Origin: Candidatus Heimdallarchaeota archaeon
GTDB lineage: Archaea; Asgardarchaeota; Heimdallarchaeia; Heimdallarchaeales; Heimdallarchaeaceae
Direction of reading: 5' to 3'
Assembly: GCA_021399345.1 (NCBI GenBank)
Contig: JAAFKI010000112.1
Coordinates: forward strand, 32,001 to 96,000
Length of the DNA stretch: 64,000 bases
Shown here: one piece after another, positions 29,482 through 42,767 of the stretch
How positions within the stretch are numbered: position 1 is the first letter of the stretch
Layout of the letters: the number at the start of each line of letters is the position of its first letter
Position numbers and translations under genes: made by a program
Notes under the pieces: generated by a model
The model's database searches: none
Told to the model about the DNA's origin: nothing
Seen by the model: only the letters and a program-made list of their open reading frames with translations

Positions 29482-31092
29482 TTGAATAGAATGAACTTAC
29501 CTGCTGAGTTTGAAGAAAAACTAAACGACTTAACTATTGAGAAAAGAGATTATCAGCTGTCTGCAGTTAGTGAGATAATTGAAGTCCTTCCAGATAGGTC
29601 AATTCTGTTAAATTATCCCTATGGAACAGGTAAAACAATTATCACCCTCTTATCATTTTTAGCAATAAAGATGCAAAAAGAAAATGCTAAATTTATCTTT
29701 ACATCAGCTCGTGAGGCCGCAGGTTTACGTTGTCGTCAAGCTTTAGAAATGGGTAAAAAATTTGGTTATATTGAAAGTTTAGGTTATCTCTATGACCCTA
29801 CTGGTAAGGGATTGAGTCTCAGACAGAAGAGTAAAATGTATGAAGCTTCAACTGTTATATTTTCACCAATTACATCCCTTATGAACGATTATTTTGAGAT
29901 TAAAACTAAGTTGAAGATAAACATTCTAGAGAATATTGACATCTGTGTAATTGATGAAGCTACAGATGTCCTAGCTAGAGATATGTCCGGATTCAGATTG
30001 AGTAAGTATTTTGAGATGTTATTCAAAGTAAGAGAAAAGGGTAATAAGTTCCCTATACTTGGACTAACAGGTACAAGAGACAAACACAAGGCAAATGCCA
30101 TTTTACGTCTATTAGGAAAAGAAACTTTGATGATGCAAAGACTCGATCTTTCACCCTATGAGACAGTTACTAAAATTCACAATATTAGAAGGGAAGATTA
30201 TATCAAGATTGATAAAGAAATTTCAACTCAGCTTACCAAACCAATTGAAACAATACAGAAGATTCTTGATCCAAAGCTTTCTCGTTTGGAAATCATCAAA
30301 CTATCTTATAGTGGAGTTTTAGAAAGATTAGAAAGATTGAATCAATTTCCAGCAAAGCTTGGAAAATATGAAGTCAAAGATACAGAAGCTAAAAGTAGTC
30401 TAGCAATTGCCTTTAGAAGGCTTTTCAAACTGAGTCATTCCAGGTTATTGCTTTTAGAATCAACACCAGGGGAATTTCTGAAGTATATTGAAATGGATGA
30501 AAACAAAGATATTTTCAAGAATATTCTAGAACCCAGTAAAGAACTGATTACATATAGAGTAGATTTACCAAAATATGAAAATCCAGAAGAAAAGGTAACA
30601 AGAGCTTTAGTGCAGCCCAAAATTTATACAGCAATTGATATTATCCACGAACATCTTTTCAGAGGAGCGCATGTTCTAGTCTTTACAAGATATCTTGCTC
30701 TAGGGAATTATCTTGCAAGATTGTTAAACAACCTAGGATTTCCAGAAGTAAAGTATCTCTCTGGGCAGAGTACAGAAGATACTCGTAGAATTGTTCTCAA
30801 GAATTTTGATGAAGGAAATGTAAATGTACTTATCTTTACACCTTTAGGAGGAAGAGGTCTCAATCTTGAAGCTGCAGATGTAGTCATTCATTTGGATATT
30901 ACAACAAATATCGATGACATGATACAAAGAAGAGAAAGGGCAAGAGGATGTATAGAATATGTTCTTGTTTTAGAGGAAACTAGTGAAGAAGGAAAAATTA
31001 AGGATTATAAGAAATTAATTGGGCAGGATAAGGAAGATGAGGAAGGGGAAAAATCAACTGAAGAAACAACTGAAGAAATAACTGAAGAATGA
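29482..31092 (+). CDS. Divergent SF2 helicase (Hef/FANCM-like helicase module, no nuclease)
   Basis: RDYQ Q-motif, YPYGTGKT, IDEAT, LTGT, GGRGLNL, IQRRERARG. Confidence 0.75.
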   Translation: MNRMNLPAEFEEKLNDLTIEKRDYQLSAVSEIIEVLPDRSILLNYPYGTGKTIITLLSFLAIKMQKENAKFIFTSAREAAGLRCRQALEMGKKFGYIESLGYLYDPTGKGLSLRQKSKMYEASTVIFSPITSLMNDYFEIKTKLKINILENIDICVIDEATDVLARDMSGFRLSKYFEMLFKVREKGNKFPILGLTGTRDKHKANAILRLLGKETLMMQRLDLSPYETVTKIHNIRREDYIKIDKEISTQLTKPIETIQKILDPKLSRLEIIKLSYSGVLERLERLNQFPAKLGKYEVKDTEAKSSLAIAFRRLFKLSHSRLLLLESTPGEFLKYIEMDENKDIFKNILEPSKELITYRVDLPKYENPEEKVTRALVQPKIYTAIDIIHEHLFRGAHVLVFTRYLALGNYLARLLNNLGFPEVKYLSGQSTEDTRRIVLKNFDEGNVNVLIFTPLGGRGLNLEAADVVIHLDITTNIDDMIQRRERARGCIEYVLVLEETSEEGKIKDYKKLIGQDKEDEEGEKSTEETTEEITEE

Positions 31093-31268
31093 TTATTTGT
31101 ACCTTGTTTCTAATTAATAAAAAGGAAGAAGGGAACAGACCCCCTCCTGGGTTATCTCCAATTGAGAGAGGGTTTGCTTTTATGAGTAATTCAAAACAAT
31201 AATTTTTTACAAACAGGATTTTTCAATTCACCCTTAATGAGATAACAAAAGAAAAGAACTAGAAGGGA

Positions 31269-31769
31269 TTGGTTATCATAATGATTGACAAACTGGTTAA
31301 GGAGATAAGTAGATACTCTCGCATATACAATTTTACTCTATCTACTGCAGAATCTTGCACAGGAGGGTATATATCACATAAAATAACAAATATCGAAGGA
31401 AGTTCAGATTACTTTTCAGGAGGTTATGTTACATACAGTAGAAACTCTAAAATTCGGGATCTCAAAATCAATTCAGAATATTTAGATCGTTATGGAATTT
31501 ACTCTATAGAAACTGCAAAAGCAATGGCTGAAGCAATTAGAGAAATCTTCGATACAGATTTTGGATTGTCAACAACTGGAATTGCACCGCCAGGAGATAG
31601 TAAATCAGCAGAAAAAGCAGGTAAAATTTGCATAGGGATATCTTCCAAAGGAGGTACTATTAGTAAAGAACTACACATAAAGGCAACTAACAGACTAGAC
31701 TTCAAAGAAAGAGCAACAGAAGCTGCATTGATTCTTTTAAATAAGGAAATAGAAAAAGAAGAAGTGTGA
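31269..31769 (+). CDS. pncC: CinA C-terminal / NMN deamidase family protein
   Basis: TAESCTGG, GSSDYF, TTGIAP motifs. Confidence 0.88.
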   Translation: MVIIMIDKLVKEISRYSRIYNFTLSTAESCTGGYISHKITNIEGSSDYFSGGYVTYSRNSKIRDLKINSEYLDRYGIYSIETAKAMAEAIREIFDTDFGLSTTGIAPPGDSKSAEKAGKICIGISSKGGTISKELHIKATNRLDFKERATEAALILLNKEIEKEEV

Positions 31770-31788
31770 AGGAAGATTGAAAATTTCC

Positions 31789-33423
31789 TTATTTAACGAA
31801 CATGTTACCTTTATTGAATAGATTTTGAGGATCCAAGACGTTTTTAACATCACGCATTTGATTAACTCCATCTTCACCATACATTACTATCAAATATTCA
31901 GCTTTGATTTTACCAATACCATGTTCAGCAGAAACTGATCCACCAAACTCTACTGCTTTCTTAGCGAATTTTTTATAGAGTTTCTTACCTAATTCAAGCT
32001 CCTCAATATTTCTAGGTAGTATATTCACATGAACGTGAGAATCACCTATATGTCCCCATGTAGCACTTTCAAGGTTGTGTTCTTCTAGAGATTCTCTATA
32101 GATATTCATCATTTCTCTGAAATGCTCATGCTCAACGGACATATCAGTTCCCAGTTTGTGAATCGCAGGATACTCGCTTTTTCTCTTAGCTATTATAGCA
32201 TTGACAGTTTCAGGAACTGCATGTCGCATAACTTTAAGATTTTCTCGTTCAACTTCATCAAATGCTGACCAGCATGAATCAATTGAAGAATTACATTCAC
32301 TAGCAATTTCATCTAGTTTTACAATTATGTCCTCAAGAGTTTCTTCACTATAAACAACTTCAAAGAAAATTGCAGTTTTAATTTCAGGAGGGATTGTTTG
32401 AAGATTAGCTAATGCGGGATTTGTGTCTTTTTTACTTTTCAGGAGATTAAATGAGTGTTCATCGAAGTATTCCATATATTCAACAATTAGCTCATCATCA
32501 GTTCTAAGTTTTTCAACAAAAGAAATCGCATCGTCTTCTGAAGTGAAGAACATTACATTTGGCAATCCTTCTACTGTTGGAACTATCCAAAGATCAACTT
32601 CTGTTATAAAACCTAGCATTCCTTCTGTACCTATGAAAAGCTCAATTACATCCATACCAGGTTTTGAATAGAAACCTGCAGCATTTTTTGCTTTTGGCAT
32701 TTGATAAGTTGGAATGGTGACTTCTAGTTTTTGATCACTTGTCGCTATAATGAATTTACCATTTTCGGCATTGCATTGTCCTCTAGTCATATCAAGAACA
32801 TCACCATTTGCTAAAATAACCCTCATACGCTTTACCCAAGGTCTCATTGAGCCGTATTTGAATGATCTTGCACCTGATGCATTAGCTGCAATGGCACCCC
32901 CAACAGCTGCTGACATTTCGGTTGGGTCTACTGCAAACATGAATGTTTCCGAATCATGTTTGAATTTGTCAACCCAGTTTGTATCACCAATATTCTGCTG
33001 TTCAGTGAACTCTTTGTGTTTAATAACATCTTCAAGAGCGTCAAGAGTAATACCTGGTTGAACTCTTACGAAGTATTTCTGGTTAGTTTCATCAAACCCA
33101 AAACCAAGCACTTTTGCCATATCATCTGTTGATACAACAGCTCCACCAAAAGGAACAGCACTCCCAACAATCCCTGTTCTACCTCCAGAAATTGTTATTG
33201 GTATTCCTCTGTCTTTCATCTTCTTTATGATAGTAATAACTTCAGATTCATTCTTAGGAAAGAATAATAGTTCAGCAGATCCTCCTGCTAACTTCGATTC
33301 GTCGATTATATAATCAGGATGTTTTGAAGAAATTGTTTCTGAGCCCTCAACCTTATTAATGGTGTCATAAGGACTTCCTTCTTTTTTCTTAGCAGTAATT
33401 GCGCTTGTACCCAAATGTGTCAC
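31789..33423 (-). CDS. FAD-binding oxidoreductase (GlcD/D-lactate dehydrogenase family)
   Basis: SGGRTG, NASGARSFKYG, GTEGMLG, GHIGDSHVH, SAEHGIG. Start moved to about 33423/33414. Confidence 0.9.
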   Translation of the reverse strand: MTHLGTSAITAKKKEGSPYDTINKVEGSETISSKHPDYIIDESKLAGGSAELLFFPKNESEVITIIKKMKDRGIPITISGGRTGIVGSAVPFGGAVVSTDDMAKVLGFGFDETNQKYFVRVQPGITLDALEDVIKHKEFTEQQNIGDTNWVDKFKHDSETFMFAVDPTEMSAAVGGAIAANASGARSFKYGSMRPWVKRMRVILANGDVLDMTRGQCNAENGKFIIATSDQKLEVTIPTYQMPKAKNAAGFYSKPGMDVIELFIGTEGMLGFITEVDLWIVPTVEGLPNVMFFTSEDDAISFVEKLRTDDELIVEYMEYFDEHSFNLLKSKKDTNPALANLQTIPPEIKTAIFFEVVYSEETLEDIIVKLDEIASECNSSIDSCWSAFDEVERENLKVMRHAVPETVNAIIAKRKSEYPAIHKLGTDMSVEHEHFREMMNIYRESLEEHNLESATWGHIGDSHVHVNILPRNIEELELGKKLYKKFAKKAVEFGGSVSAEHGIGKIKAEYLIVMYGEDGVNQMRDVKNVLDPQNLFNKGNMFVK

Positions 33424-33499
33424 ATCCGTTCGCACTGTTTTTGTCCAGTTCAACAGAAAAAGCATAAAAACCTTCACATTCTTATAAAAAACAGAGAAC

Positions 33500-34615
33500 A
33501 TGACTATAAAAAAATTAACAAAACAAGAATCAATAGATCTTGTAATAGGAGCAAAAATTTTAGCTTGTGGAGGAGGAGGAAGTGAAATTAGTGCTTTGGC
33601 AAATATCAATAGAATATATGAAAGTGGCTTGAATTTTACAATTGCAGATTTAGACGATTTCAAACAGGATGAATATATTGGCATAATTGGGATGGTGGGA
33701 GGCGGTATTACAGAGGAGGACAAACTACTAGTCAAAAATCGGGAAATTGTTCAGAAAAAGCCAATGATTACAGCTATCAGAGAATTGGAAAATTTTTTAG
33801 ATATAGAATTCAGTGCATTTGTTGCAACTGAACTTGGACCGAATAATAGCGTTATTCCAATGATGGTAGCAGCAGAAATGGGAAAAGTAGCAATTAATGG
33901 AGATTGTTGTGGAAGAAGTAAACCAAAAATCTCAATTAGTACAACAAGAGTTGCGGGTATTCCTATAGCACCATTTACAATAGTGAATCAATACGGAGAT
34001 ATTCAAATCGTAAAAGAGACCATTGATGATGTAAGAGGAGAGTTGATTGCCAGAAATGCATCTAGGTTATCAGGTGGTTCAGTAAGTGTGGCTAGATGTC
34101 CCATGAGAATAGAGGAAGCTCAAAAAGCTGTTATTCCAAAAACCTACTCATTAGCTGTTGAACTAGGAAAGAATGTTAGGGAAGCTAACGAAGAAGGATT
34201 TAACCCAATTGAATCAATTAAAAATACATTACCAAATGCAGAACATGTTTTCTCCGGAAGAGTAAAGCTGTTCTCCAGAGTTGAAGAGGGAGGTTTCACA
34301 GCAGGTGAAATAATAGTAAAATCATCAATGAATACAGGAGTTAATCTAAAAATCTGGTATCAGAATGAATATCTTCTTTCATGGATTAACAACAAACCAT
34401 ATGTAACTTGTCCGGATGGGTTCTATGTAGTAGACACAAAAACAGGTCTAGGTCTTTCACCTTGGGAAGAGGATTTCAAGCAAGACAGAAAAATATCAGT
34501 TTTTGTTCAAGATGCCCCAGAGATCTGGAAATCGAAAATAGGATTGAGTGTTTTTGGTCCCAAAGTATTTAATGAAAATTGGAAAAAATACAAAGAGTCC
34601 AGTTCCTTCTCTTGA
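33500..34615 (+). CDS. DUF917 family protein
   Basis: GAKILACGGGG, ELGPNN, DCCGRSKP, WYQNEYL, TCPD. Confidence 0.85.
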   Translation: MTIKKLTKQESIDLVIGAKILACGGGGSEISALANINRIYESGLNFTIADLDDFKQDEYIGIIGMVGGGITEEDKLLVKNREIVQKKPMITAIRELENFLDIEFSAFVATELGPNNSVIPMMVAAEMGKVAINGDCCGRSKPKISISTTRVAGIPIAPFTIVNQYGDIQIVKETIDDVRGELIARNASRLSGGSVSVARCPMRIEEAQKAVIPKTYSLAVELGKNVREANEEGFNPIESIKNTLPNAEHVFSGRVKLFSRVEEGGFTAGEIIVKSSMNTGVNLKIWYQNEYLLSWINNKPYVTCPDGFYVVDTKTGLGLSPWEEDFKQDRKISVFVQDAPEIWKSKIGLSVFGPKVFNENWKKYKESSSFS

Positions 34616-34628
34616 AATCTTACCAGAT

Positions 34629-37766
<3,138 letters not shown>

Positions 37767-37792
37767 TCAAAACTTTTCTGATAGAAAACGTT

Positions 37793-38540
37793 CTAGAGAA
37801 TTTCTATCCAAATCGGACCTACTGCAGAAACTCTCCCCATACTATAAAGAATCCTTACAAAATAGAAATCAGCACCATTTGTATTAAGATTTGCAGGATT
37901 GATTGGAGTTTCAGATTCTTCATTGACATAATACCCTCCATTAATTTCTATACTTCCATCATATGAAGCTCCAGTAATGTTTGTGTTGTCAAAGAAACTC
38001 AATTCAGTAACTGGTACATCAATAGATTGTTCTCTCCATAAATATCCGTTTTTAAAAATTTGAACAGTTGTACCCCAATCAGGGTCACTCAACCAGGGAC
38101 TAGCTGCTTGTAAAAGTGCAGATTGCGGAGCACCATCTTGAGCCAAAAGTAGTTTTATTTCCCTAGTGCTTGTTGCATTAGCAACATAAACAGTTGAGTC
38201 GTCTTGACCAGCAATCACATCATTAATGCTAAAACGTATATAAGGGCGACCAAAATCCGAATTGGAAATGACTCGACGGTTGTAAAGTGCATTAAAAATA
38301 CCGTCTCGAGTAAGTTCACTAACATAGGCACCTGTTATTCCACTGGGGTATAAATGTGATACTCTCGAAAGAAGGTATGTGTAAGGATACTGGTGCCCTG
38401 ATGAAATAAAGCCAAGTCGCTGAACTTGCAATCATTATCATGCAAAGAGGAATACAAATAGCAGTTACAAGTGCAACAAAGAAGAAACCTATACTTACTT
38501 TTCTTGCTGAAACATCATATTTGGAAAAATTAAAAGCCAC
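37793..38540 (-). pseudogene. Internally deleted DUF3604/PHP-like membrane-anchored gene
   Basis: N-terminal TM anchor (38540-38400) joined out of frame to the C-terminal fragment YPSGITGAYVSELTRDGIFNALYNRR...AVGPIWIE. Confidence 0.55.
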
Positions 38541-38682
38541 TTGTTATATTCACCTGGATTTCTTAGATATAGCAATATTAAATGAAAGTTATAAAACTTC
38601 TCCACATTCAGATTCTTTGATAATTTTACAAGTGAAACAATTACAACTTCTTTAAAATTCAATTATATCAATAATAAATACA

Positions 38683-39069
38683 TTGGTTTTATATATTAGA
38701 GTTATACAAAAAATGGTTTTAGTTGCAAACCCAGCAGCTATTATATCTCTACAATGGGGATACTTCCTCATATTAGGTGCAGCGGTTCTAGCAATAGTTA
38801 ATTTTGGTGCGGCATTTCCATTTACAGCTTCAAAAAATGACAGAATTGCTAAACCATTAAGCATAATTAAGGCATTAATTACAGCTTGGGCAATTCTATT
38901 CCAATTTGCTATAATAATAGCAGTCTTCGTTGGTCTTTACTTTGGATTAACCTACTTAGGAGTAGCAATAGTAAACACTATACTACTTGCAGTAGCAGGA
39001 GCTATAGCGGGCATATCTATCCTTGGAATGATATTTAGAATTGTAGACTATTTACTAGAATTAGAATAG
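38683..39069 (+). CDS. Small three-TM membrane protein
   Basis: Three hydrophobic segments. Confidence 0.65.
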   Translation: MVLYIRVIQKMVLVANPAAIISLQWGYFLILGAAVLAIVNFGAAFPFTASKNDRIAKPLSIIKALITAWAILFQFAIIIAVFVGLYFGLTYLGVAIVNTILLAVAGAIAGISILGMIFRIVDYLLELE

Positions 39070-39125
39070 TAAAATAACCTACTCTCATTTCTATCTTTTT
39101 TCATCAAAAATAAAAACAATATTAT

Positions 39126-39665
39126 CTATTGATTGTCTTTTTCGATAAAAGTAATTTTCTCTATTTTCTTATCACAATTAGGACAATTATGGTTATCAAC
39201 AGTCCAGCTTGCTAAGTGAGAACGATGAAACTCGTGCATACAGGGTTCCACAATTGCTTTTTCTTGTTTATCTAAAATTGCTTCATTACATATGGAACAG
39301 ATAAGCTTAGAATCTGCTTCAACACCCTCTATTTCTTCATGTTGAATTCTATCAGGAGGATTAACCTTATCTTCTCGCCTATATTTGTAACCTAGAAACG
39401 AAATAATGAAACCAGGTAAAGGACCAAAAACTATAGCAACAATAACTGGGATGTGTATTACTGGTCTAATTCCCAAAACAGCAAACACTATCATTAAACC
39501 TGCAAAAAGTGCTCCAAAAATTACAGAGAGAAGTAAAAGAATGCCAGCAGAACTTGTAGCATAACACCTAAAAGAACAATATGCTGTAGTTTTGAATGTC
39601 CAATAAACATTAACTGGACTTTTTCCACAAAAGGAACATTTTCTGCTCTTCAAATCCATATGCAT
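39126..39665 (-). CDS. Membrane-anchored RING-H2-variant protein with N-terminal Zn finger
   Basis: N-terminal CSFC...CSFRC, two TMs, C-terminal C-x2-C-x15-C-x-H-x2-H-x2-H-x10-C-x2-C with conserved Trp. Confidence 0.8.
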   Translation of the reverse strand: MHMDLKSRKCSFCGKSPVNVYWTFKTTAYCSFRCYATSSAGILLLLSVIFGALFAGLMIVFAVLGIRPVIHIPVIVAIVFGPLPGFIISFLGYKYRREDKVNPPDRIQHEEIEGVEADSKLICSICNEAILDKQEKAIVEPCMHEFHRSHLASWTVDNHNCPNCDKKIEKITFIEKDNQ

Positions 39666-39869
39666 AAGAAAATCATGTGTATATAAGTTTTTTATTAGCA
39701 TTATAGAAACATTGGTCTAGGAAAAAAATAGCACAAACTTACACTAATAATCTTCTATAAAAACAATTGTAAATGTATTTTTTCTTCTTTCTGCAAAACT
39801 AATTAAATTGGTTTAAATCATTGAATTGTTGATAAAATCACAACTTTTCTACCGAAGATTTATTATTTC

Positions 39870-41945
39870 TTGAATAAAGATAACCATGTGATTTCTGAGG
39901 AAGAAGTAGAACTTAAAGTCGATTCTTTGCTAAAAGAATTATCGTTAGAAGAAAAATTTAAGCTTATGGTTGGCTATTTCAGATTTCAAACTAATACAAT
40001 ACCTAGATTGGGTATAAAAACATTCAAGATGACTGATGGACCTTTAGGTATTTCACGACATTCAAGTTTTCTTAGAAAGAACACCTATTTTCCAGGTGGA
40101 ATTAATCTTGCTGCTTCATGGAATCGGAAGTTAGCACACGAATGTGGAGAAGCAATAGGAAGGGAGGCTAGAGCCATTAACAGACTTTGTGTTCTTGGTC
40201 CAGGAATCAATATTAATCGAACACCCTTTAATGGTCGTACTTTTGAGTATTACAGTGAAGATCCGTACCTGAATAAGGAGATAGCTATCCCATTCGTTAA
40301 AGGAATACAAAGTCAAAGGATAGCTGCATGTCCTAAACACTATGTTGCTAACAACCAAGAAACAAACAGACGTACAGTCAATTCAGAGATCGATGAAAGA
40401 ACATTACATGAAATTTACTTGAAGGCATTTAAGGAAATTGTAGAAGAAGCTGATCCCTGGACAATTATGACAGCTTATAACCGTGTGAACTCTGAATATG
40501 TAAATGGAAGTTCTAAACTTCTAAAATCTACTCTTTTTGAGAAGTGGGGTTTTACTGGATTTGTAATGACTGATTGGTGGGCAACTAGAGAAAGAGGTAT
40601 TGCACAACCTTCAACAAAAGAAGCTGTTAAAGCTGGTTTATCAATTGAAATGCCTATTCCAATTCTGTATGAAAAAACAAAATTATACAAAGCATTTACT
40701 GAAGAAAAAATTACTCTAGAAGATATTAATCATCTGATTAGACGAATACTAAGAGTCTATATAAGAGTTGGAATGTTTGAAGATGAAGAAAATCTTCCAA
40801 AAGGAGAAAGAAACACTAAAAAACATCAACAATTAGCAAGAAAAATGTCAGAAGAAGGGATTGTACTACTAAAGAATGAAAATAATGTACTTCCACTAGA
40901 TATAACGAAAATACAAAAGATCGCAGTTTTAGGCCCCAATTTGAAAAAGAAATTTGGAAAATTTTTATGCGGCGGTGCTGCGGCTGTTACCCCTCCTTAT
41001 GAAATTACACCACTTCAAGGATTAAAGGAAAAATGTAAAGGAAGAGTAAAAATCATCAAAGATCCTTCTAAAGCTGATGTTGTTCTTTTGTTTATGGGGT
41101 TGAATCATGATTCCCATTCAAGTCTATTTAGTGATAAGACAACTAAAAGCAAAGAAGAATATGGATATGAAACAGAAGGAATGGATAGAAGAGAACTAGG
41201 TTTAAATGCCTACCAGATACAACTAATCAATGAAACTGTTAAAATCAATCCCAATACAGTAGTAATATTAATCAACGCTAATCCTGTTTCCATGGATGAA
41301 TGGTTTGACAATATTCCTGCAATCTTAGAAGCTTGGTATCCAGGAATGGAGGGGGGAAGAGCTATAGCTAATATTCTCTTTGGTGATGTAAATCCATCAG
41401 GAAAAATCCCTCTAACTTTTCCAAAAAGAATAGAAGATTCACCTGCTCATAAATCTTCGAAATCTTTCCCTGGGGAAAATCTTGAACTTCACTATGAAGA
41501 GAGAATATATGTTGGGTATAGATATTTTGAGAAAAATGAAATTGAACCTTTGTTCCCATTTGGTTTTGGTTTATCTTATACAACATTCAGACTCGAGGAA
41601 GTTAATTCAGATAAAAATATCTTGAAATCAATGGATGATTATTTGGAACTAAACGTCTCAGTTACTAACACAGGAGACAGAGCAGGAAGTGAGGTTATAC
41701 AAATTTATTCAGAAGATGTAAAAACTACTGTAGACAGACCAATCAAAGAACTAGTAGGATTTGAGAAGATATATTTAGAGAAAGGGGAAACAAAATCTGT
41801 AGAAGTAATTGTAAGAGCCAAAGATTTAGCGTTTTATGATATGGAGATAAAAGATTGGAAAGTAGAATCAGGTGATTTCACACTTCACATTGGAAACTCA
41901 TCAGACTCAATACAACTTCAGAAAAAAATCACCTACAAATCTTGA
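39870..41945 (+). CDS. GH3 beta-glucosidase
   Basis: TDGP, GRTFEYYSEDP, KHYVANNQE, MTDW, AWYPG, FGFGLSYT, Fn3-like end. Confidence 0.95.
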   Translation: MNKDNHVISEEEVELKVDSLLKELSLEEKFKLMVGYFRFQTNTIPRLGIKTFKMTDGPLGISRHSSFLRKNTYFPGGINLAASWNRKLAHECGEAIGREARAINRLCVLGPGININRTPFNGRTFEYYSEDPYLNKEIAIPFVKGIQSQRIAACPKHYVANNQETNRRTVNSEIDERTLHEIYLKAFKEIVEEADPWTIMTAYNRVNSEYVNGSSKLLKSTLFEKWGFTGFVMTDWWATRERGIAQPSTKEAVKAGLSIEMPIPILYEKTKLYKAFTEEKITLEDINHLIRRILRVYIRVGMFEDEENLPKGERNTKKHQQLARKMSEEGIVLLKNENNVLPLDITKIQKIAVLGPNLKKKFGKFLCGGAAAVTPPYEITPLQGLKEKCKGRVKIIKDPSKADVVLLFMGLNHDSHSSLFSDKTTKSKEEYGYETEGMDRRELGLNAYQIQLINETVKINPNTVVILINANPVSMDEWFDNIPAILEAWYPGMEGGRAIANILFGDVNPSGKIPLTFPKRIEDSPAHKSSKSFPGENLELHYEERIYVGYRYFEKNEIEPLFPFGFGLSYTTFRLEEVNSDKNILKSMDDYLELNVSVTNTGDRAGSEVIQIYSEDVKTTVDRPIKELVGFEKIYLEKGETKSVEVIVRAKDLAFYDMEIKDWKVESGDFTLHIGNSSDSIQLQKKITYKS

Positions 41946-42035
41946 TAATTTCGCGTTTAAGAAAGAATAAATAGAGAATTTTGAAAATGGGGGAATGGAT
42001 AGTCTTTTTAAAAGGATGAAGTTATTCCATCAACG

Positions 42036-42767
42036 ATGAAGTCATTTCAGGTTATTGACACGCTGTTCTTCGATTTAGATGGTACTCTAACCGATCTTGG
42101 TAAAAGATGGTGGGAACCTTTCTTTAGGGCAATGGATAAACTAAAACCTGACCATGATAGAGAGAAAAGGCAGAAAGTTTTCGAAAAAGTACTTGGAAGA
42201 GTTATGAATACTCAGATGGAACGTTCAAGGCTTCTAAAATTTAATATTTTTCGCAATGCAATTAAAGATGCAGACTTATCTTTACGAGACGCTTACAAAG
42301 CAATGAAATTAGTAAGGGCAGATCCTCTAGCATTCAAAGAGCTTGTACCCTTAGAAGGAGTTGAAGAAGTGTTAAACACATTACAATCTAGAGGATATAA
42401 GATGGCATTAGTTACAAATGCAGGAGATAAGACCGTTGCTCGAGCTAAGAAAAAGCTCTCTATTCTGAATTCATTTGATGTTCTAGTTACTAGAAATACT
42501 GTGAAGAGGATAAAACCTGATCCTGAACCCCTTCTTTATGCTTGCAAAGTATTGAATAAGCATCCAGAAACATGTGTTATGATTGGGGATTTTCCTCAAG
42601 ACATTCAAGCAGGGAAAGCAACCGGAACCAAAACTGTAGCTATTCTTGGAGTTAATGGTAAATATACTAAGGAAAGTATTAGAAAACTTGAACCCGATGT
42701 AACATTAAATTCCATTGGAGAACTCTTACCACTATTTCTAGGACCAACGGAATTTTCTAAGACTTAA
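42036..42767 (+). CDS. HAD-IA hydrolase (phosphoglycolate phosphatase-like)
   Basis: DLDGTL, VTN, KPDP, MIGD...D. Confidence 0.92.
   Translation: MKSFQVIDTLFFDLDGTLTDLGKRWWEPFFRAMDKLKPDHDREKRQKVFEKVLGRVMNTQMERSRLLKFNIFRNAIKDADLSLRDAYKAMKLVRADPLAFKELVPLEGVEEVLNTLQSRGYKMALVTNAGDKTVARAKKKLSILNSFDVLVTRNTVKRIKPDPEPLLYACKVLNKHPETCVMIGDFPQDIQAGKATGTKTVAILGVNGKYTKESIRKLEPDVTLNSIGELLPLFLGPTEFSKT

Noticed and set aside
33424-33735. N-terminal 104 aa of the 648-aa ORF
   Set aside because: Antisense to the DUF917 gene; the true start is probably near 33423/33414.
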